DNA from: Lophium mytilinum
Taxonomy: Eukaryota
Length of the DNA stretch: 64,000 nt
Direction of reading: 5' to 3'
Assembly (NCBI GenBank): GCA_010093605.1
Contig: MU004196.1
Coordinates: forward strand, 1,138,606-1,202,605
Part shown: positions 61,335 through 64,000 of the stretch, piece by piece
How the letters are laid out: each line of letters starts with the position of its first letter
How positions within the stretch are numbered: the stretch's first letter is position 1
Notes under the pieces: generated by a model
Told to the model about the DNA's origin: nothing
Seen by the model: only the letters and a program-made list of their open reading frames with translations
Database searches by the model: none
Made by a program: the position numbers and the translations under genes

Positions 61335-62627
61335 TTACGCCTTGTCTAATTCAGCGACAACGGCACTGCGGATCTCATCGTCACTAAGGCCAAGCGAACG
61401 GACAACGGTAACAACCGAGAGATGCCTCGCGATGTTCTCCTTTGCCTTCTGGGAAATCTTAGCACGTTCAGCTATGGCTGGGGCCTCGTACCGAGTAGTC
61501 ATCTTATCCAGTACGCATTTTTGAGCATCAGACTGGCCCCTAGAACCAAAGCCGTATGCGCTATCTTCGAGAAGGGCAGTGAAGGTGTGCCAATCCCAGG
61601 AATCCTCTCTGTCAACGATACCCATGGAGAGCGCATACAGAATCTGAAAGAAGGCAGCGTTGTCGTCTTCGATGAGCAACTCAATCTTCTCAGCTGGTAC
61701 CGCGGGCTTGGTGCGAAATGGGTTTCGCGCCTCCGTCTCGAAGTGGTTGGCTTGCCCGAAGTCGATTAGAACGACGTTGGGCAAACCAGGGAAGTCTTGC
61801 CTGGCCATATTGAGCATGACATTGCCATCATGGAGGTCATTGTGACTGACGTTCATGCTATGGATGAAGCGTATAGCTGCTCCAAGCTGTAAGAAAACGT
61901 GCCATACGAATTCTTTGGGCATCCATTGAGAATCGAAACGTCCCATATAGGAGTTCCAGAAGTGATCCAGTGTCGGTCCCATGACTGCTTCCATTGTGAT
62001 GGTAGAAAGCCCAGTCGCTGGAATATTTGCCGCGAGCAGTCTGCTGAGATGTCTACCGGGAAACTCATCTGCTTGTTGGATGTATTTGAGAATTTCCGCC
62101 TCTGCCCAGGCCTGCTCGACCATTGTCGTAGCACTGTGGACCTTGACTGCGCAGATTTGGGCCTTTAGGCTCCCTGGCAGTTTCTTCGTTGGCTGCTTTG
62201 CGATGTTAGGATAGTCTTCAAGAGCATCGCGAGGGATGCAATAGAACACTTTTCCAAAGCTCCCAGAGCCGGCCGGCTTGATCGACAACAGTTCTTTTGG
62301 AATAGCATTTTCCCAGCAAACGACGGTGTCCATAACGACAGAGAACTCCGTGGGTTGCGATTCAGTCTCAGAATCGGAATCGGACTTATCGCTCTTGTCA
62401 CTATCTTCAGCTGGTATTTCGACCATATCTTCTGGATTGGGGACAGGCCATCCACTCCCCAATTGAAATTGTCGATGAGAAGGAGCTAAGATGTTCTGGT
62501 GAGTCCCCAGCTTTTCAGCGTCGGATCCCCAGCGATCTTGGACATCGTTAACATCCATGTCGATGGTTAGCTGGTTTCTGTTTATGATACCTTGGATATT
62601 GTCAGCGTATGCCTGTGGTTGTGGCAT
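61335..62627 (-). CDS. Atypical protein-kinase-like protein (copy 3, close paralogue of 26033-27148), intronless
   Basis: AGSGSFGKV, ICAVKVH, WAEAEIL, EFVWHVFLQLG, HNDLHDGN, FPGLPNVVLIDFG, C-terminal GLSDDEIRSAVVAELDKA. Confidence 0.82.
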   Translation of the reverse strand: MPQPQAYADNIQGIINRNQLTIDMDVNDVQDRWGSDAEKLGTHQNILAPSHRQFQLGSGWPVPNPEDMVEIPAEDSDKSDKSDSDSETESQPTEFSVVMDTVVCWENAIPKELLSIKPAGSGSFGKVFYCIPRDALEDYPNIAKQPTKKLPGSLKAQICAVKVHSATTMVEQAWAEAEILKYIQQADEFPGRHLSRLLAANIPATGLSTITMEAVMGPTLDHFWNSYMGRFDSQWMPKEFVWHVFLQLGAAIRFIHSMNVSHNDLHDGNVMLNMARQDFPGLPNVVLIDFGQANHFETEARNPFRTKPAVPAEKIELLIEDDNAAFFQILYALSMGIVDREDSWDWHTFTALLEDSAYGFGSRGQSDAQKCVLDKMTTRYEAPAIAERAKISQKAKENIARHLSVVTVVRSLGLSDDEIRSAVVAELDKA

Positions 62628-62950
62628 TTAGTATGAGCTTCTTACCACTTACATAGATGGGGTCCGTAGCCCAGCCCAGCACAATGTTGACTGGTATGTT
62701 CTGTAACAATGCGTTTGTGAAGTGAATTTTCATAGTAGCTGGAGCCAGCCACGAAAGAGACATTGTGTTAGAGCTGATGGTTTCGAATACGATCCGACTC
62801 GGAAGGAAACAAGGGAAAATTGGTCTATCAGATAGTTCAAGAGGAGCAGCCGTATAATGAGAAAGATTTTGGATTTGACGAGCGAATGAGGAAGACTTGA
62901 TCAAGATAACCGAGAGGCTGGGGCAAGTGACTACCGTGTGGGGAACAAGC

Positions 62951-63048
62951 TGTATAACACGCGTCTGTTTTGCATTACATCGAGTTTTAATCGAGTTTGT
63001 TACTATTTTAACAATGCAGCCGCAATAGGAAGACCCCCCTGAACCTAT
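62951..63048 (-). repeat. Partial copy of the 162-bp repeat spanning a unit-unit junction
   Basis: TGTATAACACGCGTCTGTTTTGCATTACATCG...ACAATGC...GCAATAGGAAGACCCCCCTG is the reverse complement of the unit end plus next-unit start in the 55-kb array. Confidence 0.85.
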
Positions 63049-63052
63049 TAAG

Positions 63053-63965
63053 TTAATCGCTCCTCTGATACCTGCTCTTCTCCCGCAGCTTCGGACCATA
63101 TCTAAAGAACGCCCACGGAATCGGAGCCATTGCGAGAGCACAAAACCCCAGCACACTTGAGGCCCAGCCGACACCAATACCCTGGTACATCTGCAGTGTG
63201 AATAGCGGAAATGCTGCAGCGAGAGAATACCGCGTCAGTGAATTGGCGCCGTTCGCAGACGCTCCGTACAGCGGGCCGTACGTGTCCATCATATACATTC
63301 CGGCCGAGAGGTAGATATTGAGACTACCGATCATGACGAGACACTGGGCCGCAATTGGACTGATCCAGTGTATGCTTGAGCGAGCGGTCCAGGCGAACCA
63401 GAAGAGGCCAGTGGGGAGACAAACGCTTCCAAACATGGCGCTGCATAGTCGGTACTCGGGCATTGCCTTTTCAGAGTTGCTTGTAGGCTGTAGCAGGAAA
63501 CGAGAAAGACTTGATCCTTGCGCAAGCCTGTCTATGGCCATAGCGAACATCGGGGCAAGGAGACACCCAATAATGAGGCCGAGGAATGACAGGCTTTGTC
63601 CCGTGAGTGAAAAGTCGTACTGGGTGGAGTAGACCCATGGACTTGCAATTACGAAGACGTAGAGGAGACCAAACTGGAACCCCATGTACATGCACAGTAA
63701 AGTGACTATAGGTTCTGTGAGGAGCATGTGGACCGGCCGGACGAGAGTCGTGCGAATAAATTTTGGAATTTGGTCTAAGCAGGCATTCCAGGATCTAGAC
63801 GGCCGTGTTTCCTCTGCTGCCCTCGCTTTTCGTTGAAGGATGATCTTCTTATACGATTCTCGAGTGAGTGCGATTGGACTAAAGAGAGTGGTTGCGAAAA
63901 AAAGAGTGGTCCATTGGGTCCATCGCCAGCCTTTACTCTCAGCTACGAAACCACCCACTAAAGGA
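63053..63965 (-). CDS. MFS drug:H+ antiporter (DHA1 family), last exon; upstream exons lie beyond the window
   Basis: GGFVAESKGWRWTQW, ESYKKIILQRKA, RPVHMLLTEPIV, PEYRL, YMMDTYG..GASANGANSLTRY..AAAFPLF, YGPKLREKSRY; acceptor AG at 63966. Confidence 0.9.
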
Positions 63966-64000
63966 CTGACACACTCTATCAGCTCAGATTTGCCGTAAAA

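Overview
Eukaryotic, intron-rich fungal DNA (filamentous ascomycete; the gene content and the short GT-AG introns with CTAAC/CTGAC branch sites suggest Pezizomycotina, possibly Dothideomycetes, which is an inference). About 24 genes can be supported. Conserved housekeeping genes include Pab2, an Hv1 proton channel, Cex1/SCYL1, Ndc1, a GPI-anchored aspartic protease, Mpp10, RgsA, RUS1/DUF647, an SPX protein, p24, an SDR, Anp1, Spf45, Pcs60, YCII and an MFS transporter. Lineage-specific-looking material is interleaved with them. (1) A ~1,900+ aa chromatin 'multi-reader' joins two Set1-type SET_assoc RRM-like domains, a PHD finger, a Pdp3-type PWWP domain, a C4 zinc finger, a forkhead-like and a BAH-like domain, with no SET domain. 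(2) Three dispersed intronless atypical kinases share an unusual N-lobe insertion. (3) Three BTB/POZ genes sit in tandem with possible relics. (4) A 78-aa spliced HMG-box gene is missed by the ORF track. (5) A decayed CCCH/coiled-coil pseudogene is present. (6) A ~214-bp Tc1/mariner-type MITE occurs in four copies. (7) A second repeat family has a 3x162-bp tandem array plus two dispersed inverted copies. (8) A fold-back duplication spans the spf45 stop codon. No tRNA, rRNA or snRNA gene was recognised. All domain calls were made by eye from remembered family motifs, not from database searches.
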